Source: a virus
IMG/VR virus record: IMGVR_UViG_3300025133_000023
Direction: 5' to 3' (one strand)
DNA length: 64,000 nucleotides
Positions 27,088 through 37,526 of the stretch are shown in pieces. Positions within the stretch are counted from its first letter, which is position 1; each line of letters starts with the position of its first letter. The notes below the pieces were generated by a model. It worked only from the letters and a program-made list of their open reading frames with translations, did not search any database and was not told the origin of the DNA. Made by a program: the position numbers and the translations under genes.

Positions 27088-28862
27088 TAGGGACTATCCT
27101 CCCCAGTTAGTACCGAGACAGAGTCGTACTCTTCTCTGAAGTAGACCGTGTTGCCACGATAGTCTACAGTAAAGTAATCATAGTGCAGGTTAAGATTCCA
27201 GACATCTCCATTATCCAAAAGAACCAAAAGAGCCCCTTCACCATCATAGGTCATACCAGCAACCTTTCCCTGTATGGCTGCAGGAAGAGGAAGGTCTACG
27301 TAGACCCTTGAGAGCTGCTGGCTTAAGAGAATACTATCCTTCTGGATTTCTCCTCCTGCCAACTTCGTCTCCAGTACAAAGATTTCTACTGGCTGTCCAC
27401 CATCTGGATCAGTAAAGGGAGATACCGTGAGCGTCTTCTCTTGCCAATCGTTAGCCGTTCCATTGGCAGCTGTGTTAAAGATGAATCCTTGGAAAGGGTC
27501 AGTCAATGGATTAATCTCATTCCCATCCCAATCCAAAACTGTTGAAACGATTTCGTTATCGCCATCGCTTAAGGTATACCGAGTAAGCCTAGTTGATGTA
27601 ATTATTTGAGTATTGCCAGCATGGTGAGTATAGATATCCATGGAGGGGCCTTCGCTTAGATTCATCCATGTTCTATCTGCGTCAATAAGGAGTTCAGCAT
27701 TAGGTGTTCGATTCTTATATAGAAGATCGATGAACAAAAGGCGTTCACTGTCATCCATAGTCCACAGGAATGGATGAGTCCTTTCTGCAGAGACAACCTT
27801 AAGGGTTGTCTGGTTAATCAGAATCAAATATCGGCTAAAGGGAATTCTCTCGATGGCAATGAAGCTAGGTTCAATTCCTGACTCACTGAAGAGGAGCTCT
27901 TCATAAACAACCTCTTGGTCATCAAAGCCCTCAGCCTCAAAAGCTGATGGATATTCTGGAACTGTCCACTGAAGAACGGCCATAGGGGTTGAGGGATCTC
28001 CTGGGTCTCCCGGGACAGTTAGATTTTCAAACTTATGAGCTAGCCTTTTCTCTGAAGTAGCATCCACCCATAGAGTATATGGGTCTACGATATAGTTCTT
28101 CTTAAAGCCCCGAGTAACTTCCATTGTAGTGTCCTCGGGGTTGTTGATGCCTTCTGTTCCCATAAGCCAGATAGAATCATAAATATTCTTAGTTGGCTGG
28201 ATTCCATTTACAGGGAACGGCATATGTTCAATCCTTTCATCAAGATAGTCAAACTCTACTGGCTGTCCACTGATTACGACCTTAGGCTTAAGGGTCTCTC
28301 CGTCAGAAGTCTCTCCTCCAAATACGGTGGCTCCATTAATCTTGACCCACAGTTTTGACCTAAGCCTAAGCAGCTGTGCATTGTCAAAGCTAGAGCTTCC
28401 TAGCTGGTCTAGATAGGTTTGCGTAAGAAGGGTATCGCTAATCTCGGTAGCGAGAAGCCCTCCAGTAATTCGACTAGGAGGTCGCTCAAAAGGAGACGCC
28501 TTGGCCCATGTATCGACATGGGTCAACTCAATACTTTCCGCTCCTATTCTAGCTGTGATGGTTGGAATCTCGAAAACCCTTGAGCCAGGATCTAGGACAA
28601 ACTCAAACTCCATAGGCAGCCTAAGAACATAGGCAAAGGCTAAGTCGTTTATGTTAACCGAAGGGACGAAGTAGTTATCCCGAACCATAAATTGCCGAGC
28701 ATAGAGCTCATCGTACTTAACAGCAAAGGGATTCACCATTGCCTGAAGAACAGAGTCTTGTCTCGTTCGTGCACGGCTCCATCCAGGTAGACGATTAGCT
28801 ATACGCTGTAGCGTCCATGGACGAGTAACTCCTGCTCGATCTATGGTGGGATTGCATGCCAC
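27087..28862 (-). CDS. Baseplate structural protein
   Basis: Immediately follows the baseplate J-like gene; acidic and beta-rich; function inferred from position. Confidence 0.55.
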   Translation of the reverse strand: MACNPTIDRAGVTRPWTLQRIANRLPGWSRARTRQDSVLQAMVNPFAVKYDELYARQFMVRDNYFVPSVNINDLAFAYVLRLPMEFEFVLDPGSRVFEIPTITARIGAESIELTHVDTWAKASPFERPPSRITGGLLATEISDTLLTQTYLDQLGSSSFDNAQLLRLRSKLWVKINGATVFGGETSDGETLKPKVVISGQPVEFDYLDERIEHMPFPVNGIQPTKNIYDSIWLMGTEGINNPEDTTMEVTRGFKKNYIVDPYTLWVDATSEKRLAHKFENLTVPGDPGDPSTPMAVLQWTVPEYPSAFEAEGFDDQEVVYEELLFSESGIEPSFIAIERIPFSRYLILINQTTLKVVSAERTHPFLWTMDDSERLLFIDLLYKNRTPNAELLIDADRTWMNLSEGPSMDIYTHHAGNTQIITSTRLTRYTLSDGDNEIVSTVLDWDGNEINPLTDPFQGFIFNTAANGTANDWQEKTLTVSPFTDPDGGQPVEIFVLETKLAGGEIQKDSILLSQQLSRVYVDLPLPAAIQGKVAGMTYDGEGALLVLLDNGDVWNLNLHYDYFTVDYRGNTVYFREEYDSVSVLTGEDSP

Positions 28863-30091
28863 TAGAAAGTAAATCCAAAGGCGACGGTAAGGCTAGGTTC
28901 AGGCTGCAGCACCTCCCATCCTTCGATAGGGACTTCATTCTGGTCAAGCAGTTCACCTCTTACTCTTTGATTATCTACTCCCTGCTCAAGCCTCCATCGG
29001 CCTATTTGATCGAAGAAGTCTGAGCCGCTTCCAAAGGAATCAATACGACTATCTGATCGGATTAGTTTTGATTTAAGTCTTTCAAGATCTAGGGACTGAC
29101 CAATACGAGTAGCCGTTACCGTCTCTCGGGTGAGAGAAATAAGGTTTTGTCTCATTTCAAGTTGAGCAGAAGCTGTGAGTGGCTCTACGGTATTGACTTT
29201 TGTAGAGAAACTAATCCCCACAATTGGTGGGGTATAGGCTCTTACTTGGATTCCAAAACTTTTAACGGGAGCAATAGCTAGCTCTACCAGTCGAGTCATT
29301 GAATCACTTGGGGTATTGTCTTGTCCTACAGTAAAGATTCCAGCACTTCCGATTCCATCAAAGTAATTGATAAGCATAAGGTCAAGAACGCCAGGAACTC
29401 CAAGAGCAGCAAACCGAATAGCTGTAAGGTTTCCTGCTTGAGCTGCTGTAGCTGCAATAGAGATAAGGAATCTCATGTCTTGATCTGACTGAACGTTCTC
29501 TCCATTGATGATGCCATAGGTGTTGATAACCTTTAAGGTCTCATTGATTTTATCTGTGTAGCCTCTAAAGTCATGGTTCCGCAAAGACAGAGGACCAATT
29601 CGCCCACCCGACCCTTCAAGGACAGCCTCTACTGAAACGAACTGTTGGCTAGCAGAAGAGACAAGGACAACTGGATTAACCAGCTCATACTGGATAGGGT
29701 CTTGAGCTCCAGCAATAATGGGGATTGTCTCGATAATCGTTCCTGCAGGAATGCTGATTGGACTTCCTCCATTAATATCTCCAAAGGTTCCTGAGCTTAC
29801 ATAGAAGGAAACATTAGCTTCAGTTGAGTAAGACAAGCACTTAGAAGATTGTCGTCTTCGTACTCCGAACAGTACTCCCAACGCATCTAGGAATTCCCCA
29901 CTAGCTCCGCTTAGGAAGGCCTTATCGAAGTTGCTATTGAAGAAAGCATAGGCTGTCTCGAGCTCCTTAGAGATGATGCTGGATAAAGCATAAGCCTTAG
30001 AGGAGCGATGGGTATAGGAGAGTCCTGTTGTTCGAAGCTCAGATAAAAGCTCCAAAAGAATCTCTTGACTTGATCTAGTAGGAAGTGCCAT
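28862..30091 (-). CDS. Baseplate J-like wedge protein
   Basis: ASGEFLDALGVLFGVRRR, IPAGTII, VEAVLEGSGG, GENVQSDQDMRF, AGNLTAIRFAALGVPGV. Confidence 0.88.
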   Translation of the reverse strand: MALPTRSSQEILLELLSELRTTGLSYTHRSSKAYALSSIISKELETAYAFFNSNFDKAFLSGASGEFLDALGVLFGVRRRQSSKCLSYSTEANVSFYVSSGTFGDINGGSPISIPAGTIIETIPIIAGAQDPIQYELVNPVVLVSSASQQFVSVEAVLEGSGGRIGPLSLRNHDFRGYTDKINETLKVINTYGIINGENVQSDQDMRFLISIAATAAQAGNLTAIRFAALGVPGVLDLMLINYFDGIGSAGIFTVGQDNTPSDSMTRLVELAIAPVKSFGIQVRAYTPPIVGISFSTKVNTVEPLTASAQLEMRQNLISLTRETVTATRIGQSLDLERLKSKLIRSDSRIDSFGSGSDFFDQIGRWRLEQGVDNQRVRGELLDQNEVPIEGWEVLQPEPSLTVAFGFTF

Positions 30092-30100
30092 GGTTATCTC

Positions 30101-30544
30101 TTAGAGGGGGGTAGGGTCAACGTGGTTCTCACCATAGTCATAGTGAATAGTGGTGTTAATAATTCTTGAGTTCTTGTTCCGGGGAGTAGGTGCAACTTGT
30201 AGAGTGATGTGCCCAACAACCGCGTTAATGCTAGTGGGGAAAACATCAACACTAACATCTGTGAGATCGAATACACCATAAGGAAGTAGTGAGTTGAAAA
30301 GCCTTCGCTTTAGTCTCTTTCCGTTAAGTGCAGTGTTGGGTTCACCTGTGAAATCACTAATCGTTGCTCCCAACAGTGGGGCAGGCAACCAATCTCCAAC
30401 ATCAGACTTTCCTCGGTCATAGATATCCTGAGCAGCAGCGAGCAAGGGATCGAACCTTGTATCTGCTATATCTCCATCATGACCCATAACGAAGTCTCCG
30501 GTATTACTCCAAAGAAGATCTATTGCATCATAGTTCTTAGCCAT
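30101..30544 (-). CDS. gp25-like baseplate wedge/sheath-initiator protein
   Basis: DLLWSNTGDFVMGHDGDI, LGATISDFTGEPN, size of 147 aa and position just before the J-like gene. Confidence 0.75.
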   Translation of the reverse strand: MAKNYDAIDLLWSNTGDFVMGHDGDIADTRFDPLLAAAQDIYDRGKSDVGDWLPAPLLGATISDFTGEPNTALNGKRLKRRLFNSLLPYGVFDLTDVSVDVFPTSINAVVGHITLQVAPTPRNKNSRIINTTIHYDYGENHVDPTPL

Positions 30545-30547
30545 TAA

Positions 30548-30886
30548 TTATCCTAGCAGCGTCAGCATTGAAGCTGCCGTAGCAACTACTTCAACGATCC
30601 TTCCAATGAGTTCGATGTTGGGAAGCACCCCAGGGAAGGGGGTTGTTAAGGTACTTGGGACCATCATGAGTGGGGTTAGCTGAAACATCATTAACCCACC
30701 CATTTTGATTTGATTAGACATTCCCTGGAGATTAATATTACCAGAGATGCCAATGGCTTCTTCCCCAATACTGATCCAGATATCTTCATCAGCACCCGTA
30801 AGGGTAACTGACTCATCCATAAACTTAATCCCAGCATTCGCTTCGGGATTGGCCTTGAACGTTCGTACAGGTTTGTTAAAACTCAT
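30548..30886 (-). CDS. Putative baseplate spike-region protein
   Basis: Short alternating beta pattern (VTLTG...ISIG...IGISG.INLQG); positional inference. Confidence 0.45.
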   Translation of the reverse strand: MSFNKPVRTFKANPEANAGIKFMDESVTLTGADEDIWISIGEEAIGISGNINLQGMSNQIKMGGLMMFQLTPLMMVPSTLTTPFPGVLPNIELIGRIVEVVATAASMLTLLG

Positions 30887-30903
30887 TTATTACTCCGATT
30901 ATA

Positions 30904-31443
30904 CTATCCCATGATTGCAGAAGTGAGGCTGTATGCCTTCTGGTCAAGGTACTTTTTGTTGTCAGTGACAGTGGTATCCTCATCATTTTCTGGTTTAAGG
31001 TTTCTTACTGATTGAAGATAGACACGAGCTGTGTTTCTAATGTTAGGCATCATGAACTTAACAGTACAGGGGGCTCCTGCAAGGCCATCACTGCCGTAGA
31101 CAAGACCGACAAGAGCCGGGTTCTCCTCTAGAACAATGGGCAGGTCTTTGATTAGGGCGTCATAATCCTGATCAGCATCTTCAATGATAACAGTTACTCT
31201 GACAATGTTATCGTTCCATTCTCGGCTCTTAGATTTCTTTCGCCCCTTGCGAGTTCGACCCTTTGCGTAGGAGTCATCTTCTTCTTCAGGAAGCTCATCT
31301 CCTGGATGATAGACCTTATCAATGAAACCTTTAACCTCAGTAACAGACCCACGAGCAACGGCAGCACGGCCACGACGTACAGCTCTATCTTGTGCCTGTT
31401 CTCTCATGTTTCTGGCTATACGTGAGCCTGGGTCAAATGACAT
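30904..31443 (-). CDS. Hypothetical baseplate protein (possible spike OB-fold partner)
   Basis: Coupled to the hub gene; no confident family. Confidence 0.45.
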   Translation of the reverse strand: MSFDPGSRIARNMREQAQDRAVRRGRAAVARGSVTEVKGFIDKVYHPGDELPEEEDDSYAKGRTRKGRKKSKSREWNDNIVRVTVIIEDADQDYDALIKDLPIVLEENPALVGLVYGSDGLAGAPCTVKFMMPNIRNTARVYLQSVRNLKPENDEDTTVTDNKKYLDQKAYSLTSAIMG

Positions 31444-34400
31444 TATTCAGAAGTCTCCTTATCAAATCTCCACTTATCGTCGAGCGTCATATCGCCCTTA
31501 TAAGCAGTAGCAACATTGTAGCCATGTAGCTGTGCAGCTAGAATCTGGGATAGGCGTCCCTCGCGAGCGTTCTTAATAGCTGACTTAGCATTCCCTGCAA
31601 AGTTATCCCAGCCAGTCTCAAACAAATCTTCTGGAATTCCTGCAATCCAAGGCTCTCCATTCCTCATAAGAGGAACAACATTAACAGCGATCTGCTGTTT
31701 AGCCCAGAACCAAAAGTTGTACATGTTAAGGAAAGTGTCAGCAACCTTAGGCTCAAACACGGAGGCAGCTGCCTCAATCACTACTTTAGCCCTTTCAGGC
31801 CTGTTCTCAATCTCGTTAGCAATACTGCCGGTAGTTACTCTTGGGACACCTCCAATAAAGTTAACGATGTTCTGCTGGAAGAAAGAGCCTGTGCTCCAGA
31901 GCCCGCTCCCCAACTTAGCCCGATTTAGACGATTAAGAATAACACCAGCAGATAGCCCGCTCAATACTGGGAAGCTGGCTACCTCATTGGAAATAACGAC
32001 AGCGTCTGGGGTAATGACAGAAATGAAACCATTCTCTGGAGTGAAAATATGGGTAACTTCCTCGACTTCAATTGGTCCAGCGATACCGTTATAGTCATCA
32101 GCTAACATAATAATATCATAAGGCTTGATTCGAGCATTACCAATAAGGGTGATAGAACCCTTATACATGTCTCGTAGCCCTTTCATAATAGACGCAACAC
32201 CGTAACGAGTGGCAAGCTGTTTACCATTACAGTTGAAGAAGTCGATATTCTCAGCAAGAACATCTTCATCAGGCATAGAGCTGTGAGCCTTCATCTCAAG
32301 AGTGTTCCACCAGTTAGCTCCAGAGTTCTTCTTACCCATTCTTGTTCTTGCGCGAGTGCTTTCATCAAAGTCAAATAGTTTCTCTGTGCTAGCGTCCCAA
32401 CTCTTAGTATAGGTAACTGAAACAGCATTCCAAACACCATAACTTGAAACTGCAATGTTGTTTCCAACAAGATTAATGGAAGAGCTAGCAAGATGATACC
32501 CACGGAAGGGCTTAAATCGAGCATTCAGTCCTTCAATATATTCAGCAATTAACAAGTGGAAAGCTTCCTTATTTTCATAGCTTCGGTTGGTTATCTCGGC
32601 AAGGTCTTCATCAAGCCTCCTAAGAATACCTTTTCGAAGCGTGGTCATCCTTTCCTTATAGCTTGTGGGAACAGGACGAGCCCAGTATCTCTGACTTGGG
32701 ACTCCAAAGAACATTGTCATACGCCGACCGTAGGGAACAGGAGATGCAATCCACCCAGGATGCCTTAGGGTCATCTCTTGGAAGACATCCCAAACAGTTG
32801 TGTTCATTAAGAAGTACATGATATCATTGGGGTGCATCTTCCCAGTCACGTCGAAGACCCCCCAGTCAACAATATCTTCTACCGATGGAGCAAAGACATT
32901 ATCGTCTACAGGGTTGTTGAGCCTATGTCGCATTTTATACTTAAACTCTGCATCAGAAGTATAGAGGGCATCAGCTGCTTCGATTGCACCAAGGGCTAGA
33001 ACTGCTCCGACTGAAATCGGAGCGGCCAGCGGCATCACCACGGCTCCAACAGCACCAGTAGCGATAGCTCCAGCGATTCTCCATAGACTCCAGTGAGGCT
33101 TAGAGTGAATCGTTGTGCGTGACTTACGTGGGCCAAAAATTTCTGGACGAGGAGGCCTGGTTCCGTGCTCTAGTTCGAAGTCAGCTTGCTGAGCCTCTCC
33201 TGGCTGGAATGTAGACCCATAGGTGAACCTGCCAAAGTGCAAAACCTCAGGCGACTTGAGCATTGTGTCAAGGAGCTCGGCAGTGTCTACATAACCGTAA
33301 GCTCTCGAGAGAGTCCTATTATTCATAACCTCATCCCCCTTCATCTTCTTACCAGAGACGCCCTTTTCTACAGCGACAAGCTCAGCTGCATAGGACTGGG
33401 CCATGATGGAAACATGATCGTTGTTGTCACCCCAGCTGACTTGAAGGACACGACCATTGAAAAGGTTCTCCATGTACTGAGGGTTGTTAGCAAACCCAAG
33501 ACGGAGGCGAATGTCCATGCCCTCTCTGAGAACTATAGACTCAAATCGCTGCTTAGAATTATCTGCTTGGCGTCTTTCATCAGCTTCATTAGCCCTACCT
33601 GTAGTTGCCCCATTCTTAGTTTCCCTACCGATGTAGTCAATGTCTCGCAGTCCGGCAGGCATTGTTCCGTCAAGAACACCACCAACATTCTGAAGCTCAA
33701 TAATAACCAGGTCTGCTGGGATCTTACGGCTGCGTGTACAGGTGATCTTTTTAACAGCGGAGTAGCCGTAGAAATCGCTAAGGGATCTCCACCCTTCGGT
33801 CCCGTTGTCATCAACGAATTCAATCTTAAAGGTTGGAAAGGCTCTCCTCATCAAGAAGATTCCTTCACTGAGCATCCCGTTAGCAGACTCAAGACATAGC
33901 TGCTGGATAGCCTCATCCCCATAGATGTGGTCTGTGTTTTTGTTCCCACTAAATACACCAGCCTCCTTAGAGGCCATGCGCCCAGTAGCCCCATCAACAA
34001 AGTCATTCTCTGCTTCCATGAAGTCTTTAAGGTCCTCGGATGGCTCATAAACCTTAATAGAAGATCGCGTGTTGCCTTCACCGCCATCTCCACTACCGTC
34101 TGGGACTGCAAGCTTATCTGCTATTTCTGTATCCTCTAGTTCTTCTTTGAGCTTCTTGCCACTTGAGAAATCCTTCAAACTCCCCCAAGCATTGCTAGCA
34201 CAAGTACGGAGCTGGGCTTCCCATGGAACCCCACTAAGGTCATCCACTCCACCATCTTCGCTTGGATTATAGAAGTAAAAGTCAGGGTAAGTCATGACAC
34301 GACTATGCATGATTGGGTGAGTGGGAAGAATAAGATCAGGATATGCATCTGGCATGTGAGCATATGCGCTCTTCCTTGCAAGGGCAATAGTCTCGGGGAA

Positions 34401-37400
34401 ATGCTGGTCATCTCTGTCTACAAGATCTGCAATGATTTGCTGGATCATGTTTGCCCAGCCCCTCTTGTAAATCTCATAAATAGACCTCTCCAGTTCAGGA
34501 GAAGTGTGGGTTCCGAAAAGAAGACGGTCATCCTCGGGAGTGTAACGAACTATAGTCTTAGTTCTGTTCCGAGATACTGGGAGAATCTCCGTTGTTCCTC
34601 TGGCTCGAATTGCGGCAAGCTCCGCTCTTACACTTTCTGTGTGTTCAGAGCCAGTAGCGACTCTAGCCTCATAGGCTCCAATAGGCCCTTGAATACCTCG
34701 CACAGCATATTTGTTAAAGGTAAGATTCGCATACTCTTCCCAAAGAGCATCAAGCTGATCATTGTGCCAACCCTTGGTGGATTCTTGCTGAGCAAAGGAT
34801 GATCTATTAGTAAGGGAATCCACCCAGGCGGTATGCTCCGGATAGGTTAATGAAAGGGTTGCCCCGCTTCCAGAAACATACTGTCTTCTATTCCCAAACA
34901 TTGGGAGGATCACTTCTTCAAAGCCCCACAAATCAAATTCTGCTTTAATCTCAGCTTCAGTAAACCCTCCATACCACTTATCACTGAAGACATGACAACC
35001 TAGAAGGAGACGCAAAATCACCTGATTGACCATGTTTTCCGCATAGCTACTTTCTCCAGTTGGGTATTTGTTAGTGTAGTCTGCGTACCATTCTCCAGAG
35101 TTGTTCAGTTCAGGCCTATTGACAGCTACACCGTCTCGATGAACCTCTGTGCCAGGTCTTCTGTTGAGGGTGCTTGCGACGGTAAAGAACTTCCTCACCT
35201 CTTTGAAGAACTGACGGAAGACCTCGTCCTTGTCATAGGTTACGCTTTCGAGCACAACGTTGTGGAACTCAGCACTTGCGTCAAATTCCATTTGAATCTG
35301 ATACAAGCCAGGAGAGCCTGGGATAGAGCTAGTACCCATGCTGCTGATAACCCAATTAGATGATCCGGCAAGATTGCTTCCAATGAAGTCAATGTTTGCG
35401 CACCATGCCATGGGAATGTTTCTAAACTTCCGAGCATTGTATTCAAGAGTAGCCCTCATGCTCCAAAGCTGACGAGCTTCTGGGGAGAGACTATCTAGCC
35501 TCCTATCTCCGTCATAGGTTCCCTTCTTAGCCTCACGTCCTAGACGGTCTACGCCTTCTTGCTCGAAGGTGCTATTAAGGTCAAGAGCCTGGAAGAAGAT
35601 CCGCGCCTCCTGTCCTCCCATGTACTGAGCGGTAGGAAGCTCATGTCCAACAAGAGGAATACTAGCAAACCTGTTAAGGAGCTCAACTCCCCACACGGTA
35701 ATGACTGTTCCATCCTTAGGCCTGTTTCCACTGGAAACAATAATACGCCTGGGACGATAGAGAGTAAGGGGAACATGAGGACTGTTATAGAGATGCCACC
35801 CTTCTTCCTGCAAGCTTATAGCTTCGAGCTTTGCTGCGTCTCGCTCCTCTTGAGTTGGCTCTTCATACTTGAATTCCTTAGATGGACTAACATCTTCTAC
35901 TTCAATAGCATCAGCCCGAGCAACTACACCTCCAGCTGCATCCACAATGCCTGGGTTTACATTCTCGATATTCATTAGGCGAGGCTCGCCACCCATGTCA
36001 GGATTTGGAGAACCATTCTCCCATAGCTCAACGTGAGCGTGAACACCGTGAACTCCACTCGTGCCACTTCCTCTGTCTGCGTTAGACGTTCCGGCATTGC
36101 CAACCTGCTGTCCAACCGTAACAAAGGCTCCGTTTCTTGGAAGGCTGGCATTCTCCATGTGTCCTATGCGAACCCAAAGACCGTCATGATCGCCGGTTCC
36201 TTGGATTACAATATACCCACCAAAAGAACCAGAGGGATTTCCTCCTCCTGTTGTATATCGGATGACACCATTGATTGGACTATGAATAGATGTGGTTGTT
36301 CTGCTGTCAGTTCCACCCCAGGCAATGTCTGTCCCCTTATGGCTTCTGCTTCCGCCAGAAGGGGTCGAGCCTCTTGGCCCAACTCCATCACCCACACTAC
36401 CGACATTGTTAGTAACGACCATAGCCGTACCAACACCTTCGTAGACCTTTTCATTTCCATTAATAGTTCCAGTGCCAAAGACACTAGAGTCGAGCCCAGG
36501 GATACGATCGGCTCCACTGTAGGTGTCGGCGCTGTGACGAATCTTTGCGAAGGACTTATGTAGGAGTTTACCTAGAGCAGTGTTCGGAGAGAGAGCCGTA
36601 TATTCTCTATAGTCGAAGATAACATTTTGACCAGGACTGAATTGCCCGTAGCTAAACGGAATTGGATTAAACTGACTGGTATGGCCGCCGGTCACCCCTC
36701 CAACACGAGTGAGGCTATTGTCAGTTCGATATCTGTTTCTTTCGAGTCGGGAAGTCTTTGCACTATTTCTAACGGCATCAATCATTCCAAAACCATCAAA
36801 GTCTCGCTCCATGGCAATGGCTTGGAGATGATTCAGATAAAGAATGTAAATGTTTGATTCATTAGCAGAGACAGGATTCGTTGGAAGGTTGGGAACAATA
36901 GGAGGAGTAACGTCTGTGAACTCCATAAACTTAGCCTTTTGGATAAGGTCTGTTGGTTCATCAGACTGAGCTGTAGGGAAACTTGATCCTGCTGGAGGGC
37001 GAATATCGCTGCCTCCCCCGTCTTCAATCTCTAAGATGGTTACTTCTTTTCCGCTCTTCCTTTTAAAGCGCCAGTTTTGTTTGTAGCTAAAGAGTGGGCT
37101 AAAGGGGGAGTAGTTGAACCATGACAACATAAGCTGAACGGACAATGCATCAGGGTTCTCTTCGATAGAAGTGATGGTCATGGCTTCAGCACATACAGCC
37201 ATAGGAACAGCATCAGTCGCATTGGCAAGCATGACGGACCGAATGTAGTTATTTTCTATTTCCCAAAATGGGGTGTACTTGAACTGCTGGATTAACCTAT
37301 GAAGCTTCCAGACCTCTCCTGGGAGGACAATCATGGTTAGGTTGATTGCAGCTATACCTCGGCCCGTTTTCGTCTTGGACGAAGTTCGAGATCTTAGATA

Positions 37401-37523
37401 AGACGATTCATTAATAGCCCCACGATGAGATATAGAAATATCTGTAGGTGGAACGATAAACCCAAGGTCATTAAATCTAAAGTATCCTTCTTGGACCTGT
37501 TGATATGAATTAAATGCTGTCAT
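31443..37523 (-). CDS. Giant baseplate hub/central tail protein with embedded M23 peptidase
   Basis: SHKGTDIA (HxxxD, His codon 36339-36341), IHSPINGVI, GHM, HGVHAHVEL (HxH, 36033-36041). C-terminal half has a hub-like DIRLRLGF...LFNGRVLQV and YKGSITLIGNARIKPYD. Confidence 0.8.
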   Translation of the reverse strand: MTAFNSYQQVQEGYFRFNDLGFIVPPTDISISHRGAINESSYLRSRTSSKTKTGRGIAAINLTMIVLPGEVWKLHRLIQQFKYTPFWEIENNYIRSVMLANATDAVPMAVCAEAMTITSIEENPDALSVQLMLSWFNYSPFSPLFSYKQNWRFKRKSGKEVTILEIEDGGGSDIRPPAGSSFPTAQSDEPTDLIQKAKFMEFTDVTPPIVPNLPTNPVSANESNIYILYLNHLQAIAMERDFDGFGMIDAVRNSAKTSRLERNRYRTDNSLTRVGGVTGGHTSQFNPIPFSYGQFSPGQNVIFDYREYTALSPNTALGKLLHKSFAKIRHSADTYSGADRIPGLDSSVFGTGTINGNEKVYEGVGTAMVVTNNVGSVGDGVGPRGSTPSGGSRSHKGTDIAWGGTDSRTTTSIHSPINGVIRYTTGGGNPSGSFGGYIVIQGTGDHDGLWVRIGHMENASLPRNGAFVTVGQQVGNAGTSNADRGSGTSGVHGVHAHVELWENGSPNPDMGGEPRLMNIENVNPGIVDAAGGVVARADAIEVEDVSPSKEFKYEEPTQEERDAAKLEAISLQEEGWHLYNSPHVPLTLYRPRRIIVSSGNRPKDGTVITVWGVELLNRFASIPLVGHELPTAQYMGGQEARIFFQALDLNSTFEQEGVDRLGREAKKGTYDGDRRLDSLSPEARQLWSMRATLEYNARKFRNIPMAWCANIDFIGSNLAGSSNWVISSMGTSSIPGSPGLYQIQMEFDASAEFHNVVLESVTYDKDEVFRQFFKEVRKFFTVASTLNRRPGTEVHRDGVAVNRPELNNSGEWYADYTNKYPTGESSYAENMVNQVILRLLLGCHVFSDKWYGGFTEAEIKAEFDLWGFEEVILPMFGNRRQYVSGSGATLSLTYPEHTAWVDSLTNRSSFAQQESTKGWHNDQLDALWEEYANLTFNKYAVRGIQGPIGAYEARVATGSEHTESVRAELAAIRARGTTEILPVSRNRTKTIVRYTPEDDRLLFGTHTSPELERSIYEIYKRGWANMIQQIIADLVDRDDQHFPETIALARKSAYAHMPDAYPDLILPTHPIMHSRVMTYPDFYFYNPSEDGGVDDLSGVPWEAQLRTCASNAWGSLKDFSSGKKLKEELEDTEIADKLAVPDGSGDGGEGNTRSSIKVYEPSEDLKDFMEAENDFVDGATGRMASKEAGVFSGNKNTDHIYGDEAIQQLCLESANGMLSEGIFLMRRAFPTFKIEFVDDNGTEGWRSLSDFYGYSAVKKITCTRSRKIPADLVIIELQNVGGVLDGTMPAGLRDIDYIGRETKNGATTGRANEADERRQADNSKQRFESIVLREGMDIRLRLGFANNPQYMENLFNGRVLQVSWGDNNDHVSIMAQSYAAELVAVEKGVSGKKMKGDEVMNNRTLSRAYGYVDTAELLDTMLKSPEVLHFGRFTYGSTFQPGEAQQADFELEHGTRPPRPEIFGPRKSRTTIHSKPHWSLWRIAGAIATGAVGAVVMPLAAPISVGAVLALGAIEAADALYTSDAEFKYKMRHRLNNPVDDNVFAPSVEDIVDWGVFDVTGKMHPNDIMYFLMNTTVWDVFQEMTLRHPGWIASPVPYGRRMTMFFGVPSQRYWARPVPTSYKERMTTLRKGILRRLDEDLAEITNRSYENKEAFHLLIAEYIEGLNARFKPFRGYHLASSSINLVGNNIAVSSYGVWNAVSVTYTKSWDASTEKLFDFDESTRARTRMGKKNSGANWWNTLEMKAHSSMPDEDVLAENIDFFNCNGKQLATRYGVASIMKGLRDMYKGSITLIGNARIKPYDIIMLADDYNGIAGPIEVEEVTHIFTPENGFISVITPDAVVISNEVASFPVLSGLSAGVILNRLNRAKLGSGLWSTGSFFQQNIVNFIGGVPRVTTGSIANEIENRPERAKVVIEAAASVFEPKVADTFLNMYNFWFWAKQQIAVNVVPLMRNGEPWIAGIPEDLFETGWDNFAGNAKSAIKNAREGRLSQILAAQLHGYNVATAYKGDMTLDDKWRFDKETSE

Positions 37524-37526
37524 AGA

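Noticed and set aside
33186-33899. 237-aa plus-strand ORF
   Set aside because: Antisense to the hub gene, with no motifs or SD; most likely a shadow ORF.
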